Below are positions 47,825 through 56,049 of a stretch of DNA of 56,049 bases, piece after piece; the stretch's first letter is position 1; each line of letters starts with the position of its first letter. The position numbers were made by a program, and so were the translations under genes. A model generated the notes under the pieces. The model made no database searches and was not told where the DNA came from. It saw only the letters and a list, made by a program, of their open reading frames with translations. Source of the DNA: Chloroflexota bacterium (GTDB lineage Bacteria; Chloroflexota; UBA4733); assembly GCA_051003235.1 (NCBI GenBank), contig JBPCLN010000101.1, positions 1 through 56,049 of the forward strand, given 5' to 3'.

Positions 47825-49809
47825 ACGCGGTTCACGACAACGCGCCGCCGCCCATCCTGGCGATTGCCGGCGGCGCCGGCGCGATGGGTTCCCTCTTTGC
47901 GGAACTGTTGCTACCAGCGTTGCGTTGCTGCCTCCTGATCGATCGCTTTGGCGCTGACGACCACCGCGGGGACGAAACCCCGGTCGCCCTCGCGCCGCTC
48001 GTGGAGCGCCTGACGGCGGGGCTGACCCGTCAGGGACTGGAGGTGCGGCTCCTTGCCGGTCACCGGTCAGGCGTCGCGGCGCCGGCGCCCATCTCCGGTC
48101 GTGACGTGCGCCTGGCGCCGGCCTGGCTGCTGGCTCGCTCCCAGGAAGCACAGGAAGCCTGGCCGGACCAGGCGGAACTAGCGGGCGGTCCGGCAGCAGT
48201 GGCGGAGCGAATGCGACAGCACCCGGAACTGCGCTACGTGGTTGGTTTCCTCACCCCCGACGACGCCGCCGCCGCAGCCCGAACGTGCGATATCCTGATG
48301 ATCGCCACCCATTATCAGGACGACGAGCAGTTTGGCCTGCTGCTCGCTCCCTATGCCGCCGCCATTCGTACCGGTAGTCTGGTCACTGATCTCCTCTCCA
48401 TCAAAGAAGCGCCGGTGCGGGCGCTGTGCCGGCTCTTTCCGCCCGCGGTCGGCGTGCTGGGGATGCACCCGCTGTTCGGGCGCATGCCGGTGGACGTGAC
48501 CGGCCTTGTCGTGGCCGTCGTGCCGGCGCCGGACGGCCGCCCCAGCGTAGCCGGGCAACGCTGGCTGCTGGCGCAGCTTGCCCAGCGGGGCATGCTGATA
48601 ACGCCGACTGGTGGCACCGAACACGACGCGGCGATGGGGTACGTGCAGGCGCTCACGCACTTTGCGCTGCTCTGCTTCGCCTACACCTTTGTCCGCGCCA
48701 ATCAGGACCCTACCCTCCTCCTCCCCTTCCGGACGCCCGTCTTTGAGCCGCTGCTCTACCTGGCAGCGCGCGTCGCCTCCCTGGCCCAACGCACGCCGGA
48801 GGTTTACCGCGCGATCCAGGTGGAATGCACGCGCCCGGAATTGCGCCGGCTGTTCGTGGCAACGGCGCAGGAACTGCTCACGGCGATCGACAGCGACACG
48901 GGGCTGGTGGCCATGTTCGAAACCCTCGGCGCACCCTGGACGCCCGCCTATCATCGCGATGCCGAGGCGTTCGAGCAGTTGGTCACCATGAGCAGCGCGC
49001 TGACCGAGCCGATCAACGCGCTGCGCCATGCCCTCCTCCGCAGTGCCGGTCAGGTGCGGGGCATCCGCAACACGCGCACCGGCGTGGTGACCCTGGGGAT
49101 GGTTTACATAGATCCACTCCACCATGATCGGGTCGACCTGGCGTCGCGGCTACGCTACCGGCGCTTCAATCTGACCGCTGGAACACTTGATGGCGAGGCG
49201 CAGGGGGACACAGCCGACCGGCCGGACGTTGATCGCCAGAGAATTGAGGCGGCCCTCGGTTCATTGCCGCTGGCCCAGGTTCAGCTACTGAGCGAGACAG
49301 AAATGCTGACCTGGCTCAACACCCACGCCGGCCCGCGCGCCGGGCCGGATGACTACCGTGGCGTCGACAGAAACACGATACCCCTTGGGAACCCAAGGCA
49401 GCGCCTCCGCTACGTCGGGAAGGCGCATTTTGACCTGTCGCTGGAAGTACCCGCCTGGTTCGATGATGACAGTCTCTCTCGCCTCCTTCTTGGCCGCCGC
49501 AGTGGACGGGCCACCCTCGCCGTCGCCCAACTGGTATCCCAGGACGCCGGAGGCATCCGCGTCGCCGCCGGCCGGCGGGCGGCGACGGTACGCATCGTCA
49601 CGCTCTTACCGCCGCAGGAAGTGATGGCCTTGCGCGCCACGGCGGAGCAGGAAGAGCCGTCAGGCCAACCTCGCACCGGTTGGCCGGAATGGCGGCGCCT
49701 CACCGACCGGCGCTTTGGGGCCCTGGTCATCAAGCATCAGACGGAGGCGCGTCAGGCGACCCTTGACTGGCTGCTGGCCCACGGCTGTACGGTCTTGCGC
49801 CGCGCGTGA
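47821..49809 (+). CDS. Prephenate/arogenate dehydrogenase-like protein with large insertion and C-terminal extension
   Basis: GGAGAMG, D.LS.K, HPLFG, EHDAAMGYVQALTHF; translationally coupled to fusA paralog. Confidence 0.65.
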   Translation: MNAVHDNAPPPILAIAGGAGAMGSLFAELLLPALRCCLLIDRFGADDHRGDETPVALAPLVERLTAGLTRQGLEVRLLAGHRSGVAAPAPISGRDVRLAPAWLLARSQEAQEAWPDQAELAGGPAAVAERMRQHPELRYVVGFLTPDDAAAAARTCDILMIATHYQDDEQFGLLLAPYAAAIRTGSLVTDLLSIKEAPVRALCRLFPPAVGVLGMHPLFGRMPVDVTGLVVAVVPAPDGRPSVAGQRWLLAQLAQRGMLITPTGGTEHDAAMGYVQALTHFALLCFAYTFVRANQDPTLLLPFRTPVFEPLLYLAARVASLAQRTPEVYRAIQVECTRPELRRLFVATAQELLTAIDSDTGLVAMFETLGAPWTPAYHRDAEAFEQLVTMSSALTEPINALRHALLRSAGQVRGIRNTRTGVVTLGMVYIDPLHHDRVDLASRLRYRRFNLTAGTLDGEAQGDTADRPDVDRQRIEAALGSLPLAQVQLLSETEMLTWLNTHAGPRAGPDDYRGVDRNTIPLGNPRQRLRYVGKAHFDLSLEVPAWFDDDSLSRLLLGRRSGRATLAVAQLVSQDAGGIRVAAGRRAATVRIVTLLPPQEVMALRATAEQEEPSGQPRTGWPEWRRLTDRRFGALVIKHQTEARQATLDWLLAHGCTVLRRA

Positions 49810-49844
49810 CGGTGAAGGGTCGGCACGGTGGGTGGCGGCCCACG

Positions 49845-50594
49845 TTACGGCAGCGTCAGCAACCGCGGCCCGTCCTCCGTTATGGCGACGGTGTGTTCAA
49901 ACTGGGCGGAAAGGCTCCCATCGGAGGTTAAGACCGTCCACTTATCATCCAGCACCCGTGTATCCGGCTTGCCGGCATTAATCATCGGCTCGATCGTCAG
50001 CACCATGCCACGCCGGAGCACCGGACCCTTGCCGGCCGGGCCATGATGGAAAACCTGGGGGTCCTCGTGGAGGTGGCGGCCTACGCCATGTCCGCAATAC
50101 TGGCGAACGACCGAGAAACCCTGGCCTTCAACATAGGCCTGGATCGCCCCACCGATATCCGTCAAATGCCGCCCCGTTCGAGCCTCTTCGATGCCGATCC
50201 GCAAGGCCGCCTGACACACGTCCAGCAGACGCTGTGCTTCGGCCGAGATCTGGCCCACCGGAAAGGACACCGCGGCGTCACCGTGCAATCCCCGGTAGTT
50301 GGCGCCGATATCGATGGTGATGATATCGCCCTCCTCCAGCCGCCGGCTGCCGGGGATGCCGTGTACCACCTGATCGTTGACGGCGACGCAGATACTGGCC
50401 GGGAAGCCGTTGTAGCCTTTGAACGACGGTTTGGCATTGTGGCGTCGGATGAACGCGTCGGCTTTGGCGTCCAGATCGGCCGTCGTCACGCCGGGCTTGA
50501 CCAGATCACGCATGTAGGTCAACGTGTTGGCGACAATTCGCCCCGCTTCCCGCATCGTCGCCATTTCGGACGGAGTCTTGAGAATGATTGCCAT
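49845..50594 (-). CDS. map: Type I methionyl aminopeptidase
   Basis: FPASIC, HGIP, IDIG, GD, GHGVG..LHE.P, IEPMI, SAQFEHT. Confidence 0.96.
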   Translation of the reverse strand: MAIILKTPSEMATMREAGRIVANTLTYMRDLVKPGVTTADLDAKADAFIRRHNAKPSFKGYNGFPASICVAVNDQVVHGIPGSRRLEEGDIITIDIGANYRGLHGDAAVSFPVGQISAEAQRLLDVCQAALRIGIEEARTGRHLTDIGGAIQAYVEGQGFSVVRQYCGHGVGRHLHEDPQVFHHGPAGKGPVLRRGMVLTIEPMINAGKPDTRVLDDKWTVLTSDGSLSAQFEHTVAITEDGPRLLTLP

Positions 50595-50604
50595 TTCGCC
50601 GATC

Positions 50605-50847
50605 TTATACTTTCATTCCGGCGGCGAGGAGCGCGCCGATCCCGCCGAGGGCGCAGACCACCGCCAGGTAGCTAAAGCCGACGCCCGCCTGCGGTGCCAC
50701 CAGAAGTTGCGCCCCAGCGGCCGTGAGGAGCAGGACGGCAGCCAGCGCGAGCGGCGCCACTTCAGCCGTAAGCCCCAAGCGAGGGCGTAGCAGGCGACGA
50801 TGCTCGGCGGAATATGCACTCTCGGGTGGAGTTTCCATTCCAACCAT
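50605..50847 (-). CDS. Small hypothetical membrane protein (2 TM)
   Basis: Two hydrophobic segments, co-oriented directly upstream of map. Confidence 0.5.
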   Translation of the reverse strand: MVGMETPPESAYSAEHRRLLRPRLGLTAEVAPLALAAVLLLTAAGAQLLVAPQAGVGFSYLAVVCALGGIGALLAAGMKV

Positions 50848-51068
50848 GGTACCCCACCCACAGACGTTTCGGTGACTCCACGGTCCTGGACACGGTTACC
50901 GTGGAAGGTATCGGATTGGTCCAGGCCCTGGTCGAAGTGAGCGTCGGTAGGTCATCCGAACGATAGACCCATTCCCCATGCCATCACATTGCCATGGCCA
51001 GGCACGCACAACCGAGGCGCCGCGCAACAACATTCTGACAATGCCGCGCCGCGGGAAAGGACAGGCGG

Positions 51069-51842
51069 TCAGGCAAGCCGCGCCGCGATGCCCGCCAGCC
51101 CAGGCGCTGCCGGGTAGCGCGCCAGCACTAGCGGGTCGTGGCCGGGAATGATGTGGTCGGGCGAGCCGGCCAGGGAGCGGACGGTCTCGAAGGCATCGTA
51201 CATCTACGGCAGGTCGCTCACGATGCGGAATGGGCGATCCTCCTCAATGTTGGCGTAGTAGTGCGTCGCGTCGGAGGCGAGGACAACCTGGCCGCGTGCG
51301 GTGCGTACCGCCGCGACTTGGAGTCCGGGCGCGTGGCCACCGACGTAGTGGACGGTGATGCCGGGCACGACCTCCGCCACCCCATCCACAAAGCGCAGGC
51401 GCCCGGCGTAGTTGTGGCGCACCAGCCCGATAACGTCCTCCGGCTCGACGATCGCCCGGATGGCCGCCTTGCCGGCGTAGCGCCCGGTCCAGAAGGCCAT
51501 CTCGCGATCCTGCACCACGAAGGTGGCGTTGGGGAACTCTGCGACGTTACCGACGTGATCGAAGTGGAAGTGGGTGAGGATGACGTGGCGCACCGCGCCG
51601 CTGTCGATGCCGAGCAAGCGCAACCCCTCGGCCGGCGTGCGCAGAATCGTGCGCTGGCGACGCGCGGCGGTCTCCGCCGTGAAGCCACAGTCCACCACGA
51701 CCGTTCGCTCGGGCGAGACTGCCGCCCAGACAAAGTAATCCATCGGCATCGGCCCATCGTGCGGGTCACCGCCATAGAAGTGCTCACCGCGCCGACCGTC
51801 GCGCTCGGCGTACTTGATCGCATACAGCTCATAGATCGACAC
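51069..51842 (-). pseudogene. N-acyl-homoserine lactonase-like MBL-fold hydrolase with in-frame TAG at 51204-51206
   Basis: THFHFDH, GHAPG, ASDA; the frame continues past TAG to the conserved PGHDP and ends at TGA 51069. Confidence 0.8.
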
Positions 51843-51975
51843 CGGCAGTCCTCCTCGTGGACCTACTGACTGGTGCCCGCCAGGAATTGCCGGTAACGGC
51901 GGTCGAGATCAGGCGCGTTCGTCGCGGTGGATTGTACAGCCCGAGCGCCGACGCCTTACGCCGCTCCGCCCGGTA

Positions 51976-52323
51976 CTACTCGGTCGGGCCCCGATCGCGG
52001 AAGACTGTCGCCGCCGTATTGCGCAGGAAAAGCGCCGCCCCGGCGCGCAGCATCCGCTGGGTATCTGTCGAGCGACCGACCTGGGGATTCTGCACAGCAT
52101 AGCGCGACGGCGGGAAGAAGGCATCGACCTGCGCCCGCCCGGCGGCAATGGCGGAGGTTTCGTCGGCAGCCTCGCACGTCGTGTTGATCTCCACGTTGCG
52201 GCGATCTTTCACAATCGTATAGGAATGTTGTTCCGAATCCTGCTGCCAGCGCTCCAGGTCGCGGCGGTCCCACGGGGTATCCGGCCAGGGCTCGACCAGA
52301 AATGTCATCGTCCACGTCATCAT
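51976..52323 (-). CDS. Hypothetical protein
   Basis: RBS AAGGGGG, 115-aa open frame co-oriented with the lactonase gene. Confidence 0.45.
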   Translation of the reverse strand: MMTWTMTFLVEPWPDTPWDRRDLERWQQDSEQHSYTIVKDRRNVEINTTCEAADETSAIAAGRAQVDAFFPPSRYAVQNPQVGRSTDTQRMLRAGAALFLRNTAATVFRDRGPTE

Positions 52324-52475
52324 CGCAATCCCCCTTTTCATGACAGCATACGGCATTCCATGGCGCGGCGAACACGCGCCGCCGACGCCTCCCATGGCGG
52401 ACGTGTTCTGATCTCCATATTGCGCTATGCTTAGGCGTTTTTGACCGCATCGTACATGGATGGGACTGGACAGCA

Positions 52476-53423
52476 ATGGAATACCGGCAACTGGGGCGCA
52501 GTGGACTGAAGGTCTCTGAGATTTCGCTGGGGACCTGGCAAAACTTTGGGCAACGCATCGACGAGGCGGCGGCGTTTGCGGTCCTCGACAATGCCGTGGA
52601 CCTGGGCATCAACTTGATCGACACAGCCGACGTCTATGCCGGAGGCAAGGCGGAGGAAGTGACCGGCCGCTGGCTCGCCGGGAAGAATCGCGCCGAACTG
52701 GTGATCGCCACGAAGGCGCGCGGTCGGATGGGCAAGGGACCGAACGCCGAGGGCCTCTCGCGCAAGCACCTCTTTGAGGCGTGCGAGGCCAGCCTCCGAC
52801 GGTTGGGAACGGACTATCTTGACCTTTACCAGTGCCACCATCCCGATCCGGTCACGCCCCTCGCGGAGACCATGGGCGCCCTGACCGACCTGGTCCGCCA
52901 GGGGAAGGTGCGCTACATCGGCTTGTCCAACTACTCGGCCGACTTGATTGCCGAAGCGACAGGCATCAGCGACCGTCGCAATCTGGAGTATTTTGTCTCC
53001 CTCCAGCCGAACTACAGCATGCTCGTTCGGAACATCGAACGGGCCGAGATCCCGCGCTGCGAAAAGGATGGGCTCGGTCTGATCGTCTACTCCCCCCTGG
53101 CGCAGGGGATGCTCAGCGACAAGTACGTCGGCGGCGACATTCCGGAGGGCACACGCGGCGCCGGCAACGAGCGCTTCGCCCAACGCCTCCAGGAGACCCT
53201 GCCCCGGCTCCAAAAGCTGGCCGCGCTCGCCAAGGGGCGTAATCTCACTATGTCGCAGTTGGCGCTCGCCTGGATTCTGCACCAAAGAGTGCTGTCGAGC
53301 TGCATCGTCGGCGCCAGCCGCCCCGAACAACTGCAAGAGAACGCCGGCGCCAGCGGTGTGCGCCTTAGCGAAGCGGAGGTGCAGCAGATCGAAGAGATCT
53401 TGAGCGGGCCGGCTGGAGCGTGA
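52476..53423 (+). CDS. Aldo/keto reductase (Kv-beta/YghZ-like)
   Basis: LGRSGLKVS, DTADVY, IATK, SLRRLGTDYLD, GKVRYIG.SN, YSPLAQG. Confidence 0.95.
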   Translation: MEYRQLGRSGLKVSEISLGTWQNFGQRIDEAAAFAVLDNAVDLGINLIDTADVYAGGKAEEVTGRWLAGKNRAELVIATKARGRMGKGPNAEGLSRKHLFEACEASLRRLGTDYLDLYQCHHPDPVTPLAETMGALTDLVRQGKVRYIGLSNYSADLIAEATGISDRRNLEYFVSLQPNYSMLVRNIERAEIPRCEKDGLGLIVYSPLAQGMLSDKYVGGDIPEGTRGAGNERFAQRLQETLPRLQKLAALAKGRNLTMSQLALAWILHQRVLSSCIVGASRPEQLQENAGASGVRLSEAEVQQIEEILSGPAGA

Positions 53424-53462
53424 GGGGCGCATGACCTGGTTGGTGGACTCGAGTATCGGCGA

Positions 53463-54488
53463 TTGGGGCTAGATCAGCCCACGTCGTTGTGGCCGCAAAG
53501 CACGCCGGACCATGATCGACGTTTTCATGATGCGACCATGCGGCATGTCGCCCGCAACGTCACGCCATATCTCCTCGGTGCCGATCCGTTCGCCACCGAG
53601 CGGCACGCCCGAATCTTGCGCCATGCCGGCGGACTCTGGTTCATCAATCTGGCATTCTGGGACATCATCGGCAAGGTCGCCGGCTTGCCGCTCCATCAGC
53701 TCTGGGGTGCCTTTCGGGACAAGGTGCAGGCCTACGCAAGCACGGCGGAAGTTGGCACGCCGGAAAATCGCGCCGATCTCGCCGCGCGATATCACAGCGA
53801 AGGCTTCCGGGCCATGAAAATCCGATTCCATGCCGAGCGGATGGAGGACGACCCGGCCCTCCTCGACCGCATCCGCGCCGCCGTTCCGGACATGACGATC
53901 ATGGTCGACGCCAATCAAGCGACGAACCTGCCTAGCCCCGAGCCCGGTCCGATCTGGGACTACCAACGCGCCTTGCGCACAGCCCGGGCACTGGAAGAGC
54001 GCCACGTCTACTGGCTGGAAGAGACCTTGTCGCGCTACGACTTCGATAATCTGGTCCGCTTGCGGGAAGGTACGGAGATCTATATTGCCGGTGGCGAGTC
54101 CAACCGCCAACTGCACGAATTCCGCTGGCTGATCGAGCGGGGCGTCTACGACATCGTTCAGCCGGACTGCGCGCTCTCCGAAGGCGTCTCGCAGTTGCGC
54201 AAAGTGGCCGCGATGGCCGAACTCTGTAAGCGCCACTTCGTCCCCCACCACGGATTAAGTGGGCTGGGCCTCGCCGGCGTCGTTCACCTGGTGTGCTCGC
54301 AGCCCGGTCTGGCCTGGCTGGAAATGATGTACGAGCCGCCGACCCGGACGATCGAGGTCTATCAGCAGCTCGGTGGCATCCTGGAAAGCCGGATCTGGAT
54401 CGACGCCGATGGCTACGTCCGTCCGCTCCAGGCCCCTGGTCTAGGCGTCACCGTCAACGAGCAGCGGATTGCGCAGTACCGCCAGTGA
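53463..54488 (+). CDS. Mandelate racemase/muconate lactonizing enzyme family, apparently 5'-truncated
   Basis: AFWDI.GK..GLP, KIR, MVDAN, WLEE, GGE, QPD, APGLG; N-terminal capping strands appear missing. Confidence 0.75.
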   Translation: MGLDQPTSLWPQSTPDHDRRFHDATMRHVARNVTPYLLGADPFATERHARILRHAGGLWFINLAFWDIIGKVAGLPLHQLWGAFRDKVQAYASTAEVGTPENRADLAARYHSEGFRAMKIRFHAERMEDDPALLDRIRAAVPDMTIMVDANQATNLPSPEPGPIWDYQRALRTARALEERHVYWLEETLSRYDFDNLVRLREGTEIYIAGGESNRQLHEFRWLIERGVYDIVQPDCALSEGVSQLRKVAAMAELCKRHFVPHHGLSGLGLAGVVHLVCSQPGLAWLEMMYEPPTRTIEVYQQLGGILESRIWIDADGYVRPLQAPGLGVTVNEQRIAQYRQ

Positions 54489-54577
54489 CGGTCGGCAGCA
54501 TCGCTGGCGGAGCGTGCAGAGGATGGACGGGCGCGGTATCGTTAGGTGAATGACGCAAGAGAGGATCCCTACGCCGA

Positions 54578-56049
54578 ATGAGTGCCGCTGCTACCCCTGC
54601 TCCCACCACATCTCCCGCCAGTGCGCCGGATGCGAATCCTACCTACGATATCGTCGTGATTGGCGGCGGCCCGGGCGGCTACGTGGCGGCAATTCGCGCC
54701 GCCCAGCTTGGCCTGAAGGCGGCGGTCGTCGAGCGGGAGGAAATGGGCGGCATCTGCCTGAACTGGGGCTGCATTCCCAGTAAGGCGCTATTGCGCAACG
54801 CCGAGGTGCTCAGCCTGATCAACCGCGCCGATAGTTTTGGCATCTCCGTCGGTAACGTCAGCGCCGACTACGGGGCCGGAATGGCGCGGTGCACCAAGGT
54901 GATCACGACGCAGGTGCGCGGCGTCAACTTCCTTATGCGCAAGAACCAGATTGACGTTGTGCGCGGCACGGCGAAAGTGATGGGCAGGGATCGCGTCACC
55001 GTCTCCGGCGGCGCCGACGGCGACCGCGAACTGCAGACCAGGAATGTGATCATCGCTACCGGCTCGCGTGTACGCCAACTCAAGGGTGTGGAGGTCGATG
55101 GTCAACACATCATTTCAGCCCGCGAGATGTGGAGCGTCGACACCCTGCCGAAGTCGATCCTCATCATCGGCAGTGGCGCGATCGGCGTGGAGTTCGCGAC
55201 GGTCTTCCAGGCCTACGGCACGGACGTGACGCTGGTGGAGTACCTGCCACGAGTGCTGCCATTGGAAGACGAAGAGATCAGCACGGAACTGGCGCGTAGC
55301 TTCTCCCGACGCGGCATCAAGATCATGACGTCTACCAGCGTCGACGGCGCCGAAGTCTCCGGCAACACGGTGAAAGTGCGCCTCTCGCCGGCTCCCGGCG
55401 GAAAAACGGTAGAAGTGAATCAATGGCAAGAGCAGGCCCAGCAAGAGCGCACTACCCAGCAGGGCGAGACCGAGCCGCAGACCCTGGAGGTGGAGCGGGT
55501 GCTGCTGGCGGCCGGCTTCCAGCCGAATAGTGGGGACCTCGGCCTGGAGGCGCTCGGCGTCACAATCAACCAGCGCGGCTTCATCGACATTGACGACCAC
55601 ATGCAGACGAATGTGCCGGGCATCTACGCCATCGGTGACGTCACCGGCAAGGTGCCACTGGCGCACGTCGCCTCCGCTCAGGGTGAGGTGGCGGCGGAGG
55701 CGATCGCCGGCCACCCGGAACTGAAGCTGGACTACAACGCCATGCCACGCTGCACCTATAGCAACCCGCAGGTGGCCTCGATGGGCCTGACGGAAGCGCA
55801 GGCCCGCGAAGGCGGGCGCGAGGTGCGCGTCGGCAAGTTTCCCTTCCGCCCCAACGGCAAGGCCCAGGCGTTGAACGAACTGGACGGTCAGATCAAAATC
55901 ATCGCCGACGCCGGCAGCGGCGAAATCCTCGGCGTGCAGATGATCGGGCCGGACGTGACCGAGTTGATCGGTGAATTCTCCCTGGCCCGCTCTCTAGAGT
56001 CGACACCCTTCGAGTTAGCCCGCTCCGTCCATCCCCACCCGACGCTCTC
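54578..56049 (+). CDS. lpdA: Dihydrolipoyl dehydrogenase, 3' end runs off window
   Basis: Manual translation: GGGPGGYVAA, GGICLNWGCIPSK, ATGS, GSGAIGVE, AIGDV, ending HPHPTL. Confidence 0.95.
   Translation, partial: MSAAATPAPTTSPASAPDANPTYDIVVIGGGPGGYVAAIRAAQLGLKAAVVEREEMGGICLNWGCIPSKALLRNAEVLSLINRADSFGISVGNVSADYGAGMARCTKVITTQVRGVNFLMRKNQIDVVRGTAKVMGRDRVTVSGGADGDRELQTRNVIIATGSRVRQLKGVEVDGQHIISAREMWSVDTLPKSILIIGSGAIGVEFATVFQAYGTDVTLVEYLPRVLPLEDEEISTELARSFSRRGIKIMTSTSVDGAEVSGNTVKVRLSPAPGGKTVEVNQWQEQAQQERTTQQGETEPQTLEVERVLLAAGFQPNSGDLGLEALGVTINQRGFIDIDDHMQTNVPGIYAIGDVTGKVPLAHVASAQGEVAAEAIAGHPELKLDYNAMPRCTYSNPQVASMGLTEAQAREGGREVRVGKFPFRPNGKAQALNELDGQIKIIADAGSGEILGVQMIGPDVTELIGEFSLARSLESTPFELARSVHPHPTL

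Noticed and set aside
54550-54783. 77-aa Cys-rich ORF before lpdA
   Set aside because: Out-of-frame overlap with the true lpdA frame starting at 54578

Overview
High-GC bacterial chromosomal window. It looks Chloroflexota-like (my inference from the large Alu-type SRP RNA, Tat/lipobox sugar-binding proteins with long Ala/Ser/Thr linkers and a Uma2 protein with EQARLA repeats). Housekeeping and translation genes: ffs/SRP RNA, selA, rsgA, frameshifted prfB, prmA, rsmE, an EF-G paralog, map and a partial lpdA. It also carries envelope glycosylation genes, an AraC/2xPhyH/ABC-importer catabolic locus, a glucuronokinase-like kinase + GalU pair, an ECF sigma/anti-sigma module, and an MMPL + AttH-like pair. 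There is no CRISPR array, prophage or transposase. The most striking unexplained element is a ~450-nt intergenic stretch (about 32864-33318). It has a near-consensus sigma70 promoter, a strong terminal hairpin and about ten nested helices capped by GNRA/UUCG loops, and it matches no RNA class I recognise, so it is a candidate new large structured ncRNA. Other notable items are a promoter-leader peptide-terminator attenuator upstream of rsgA, REP-like palindromes, an amber-interrupted lactonase, and a yhaM-like gene with a 47-bp tandem duplication and active-site substitutions. All calls come from reading motifs by eye; no database searches were run.
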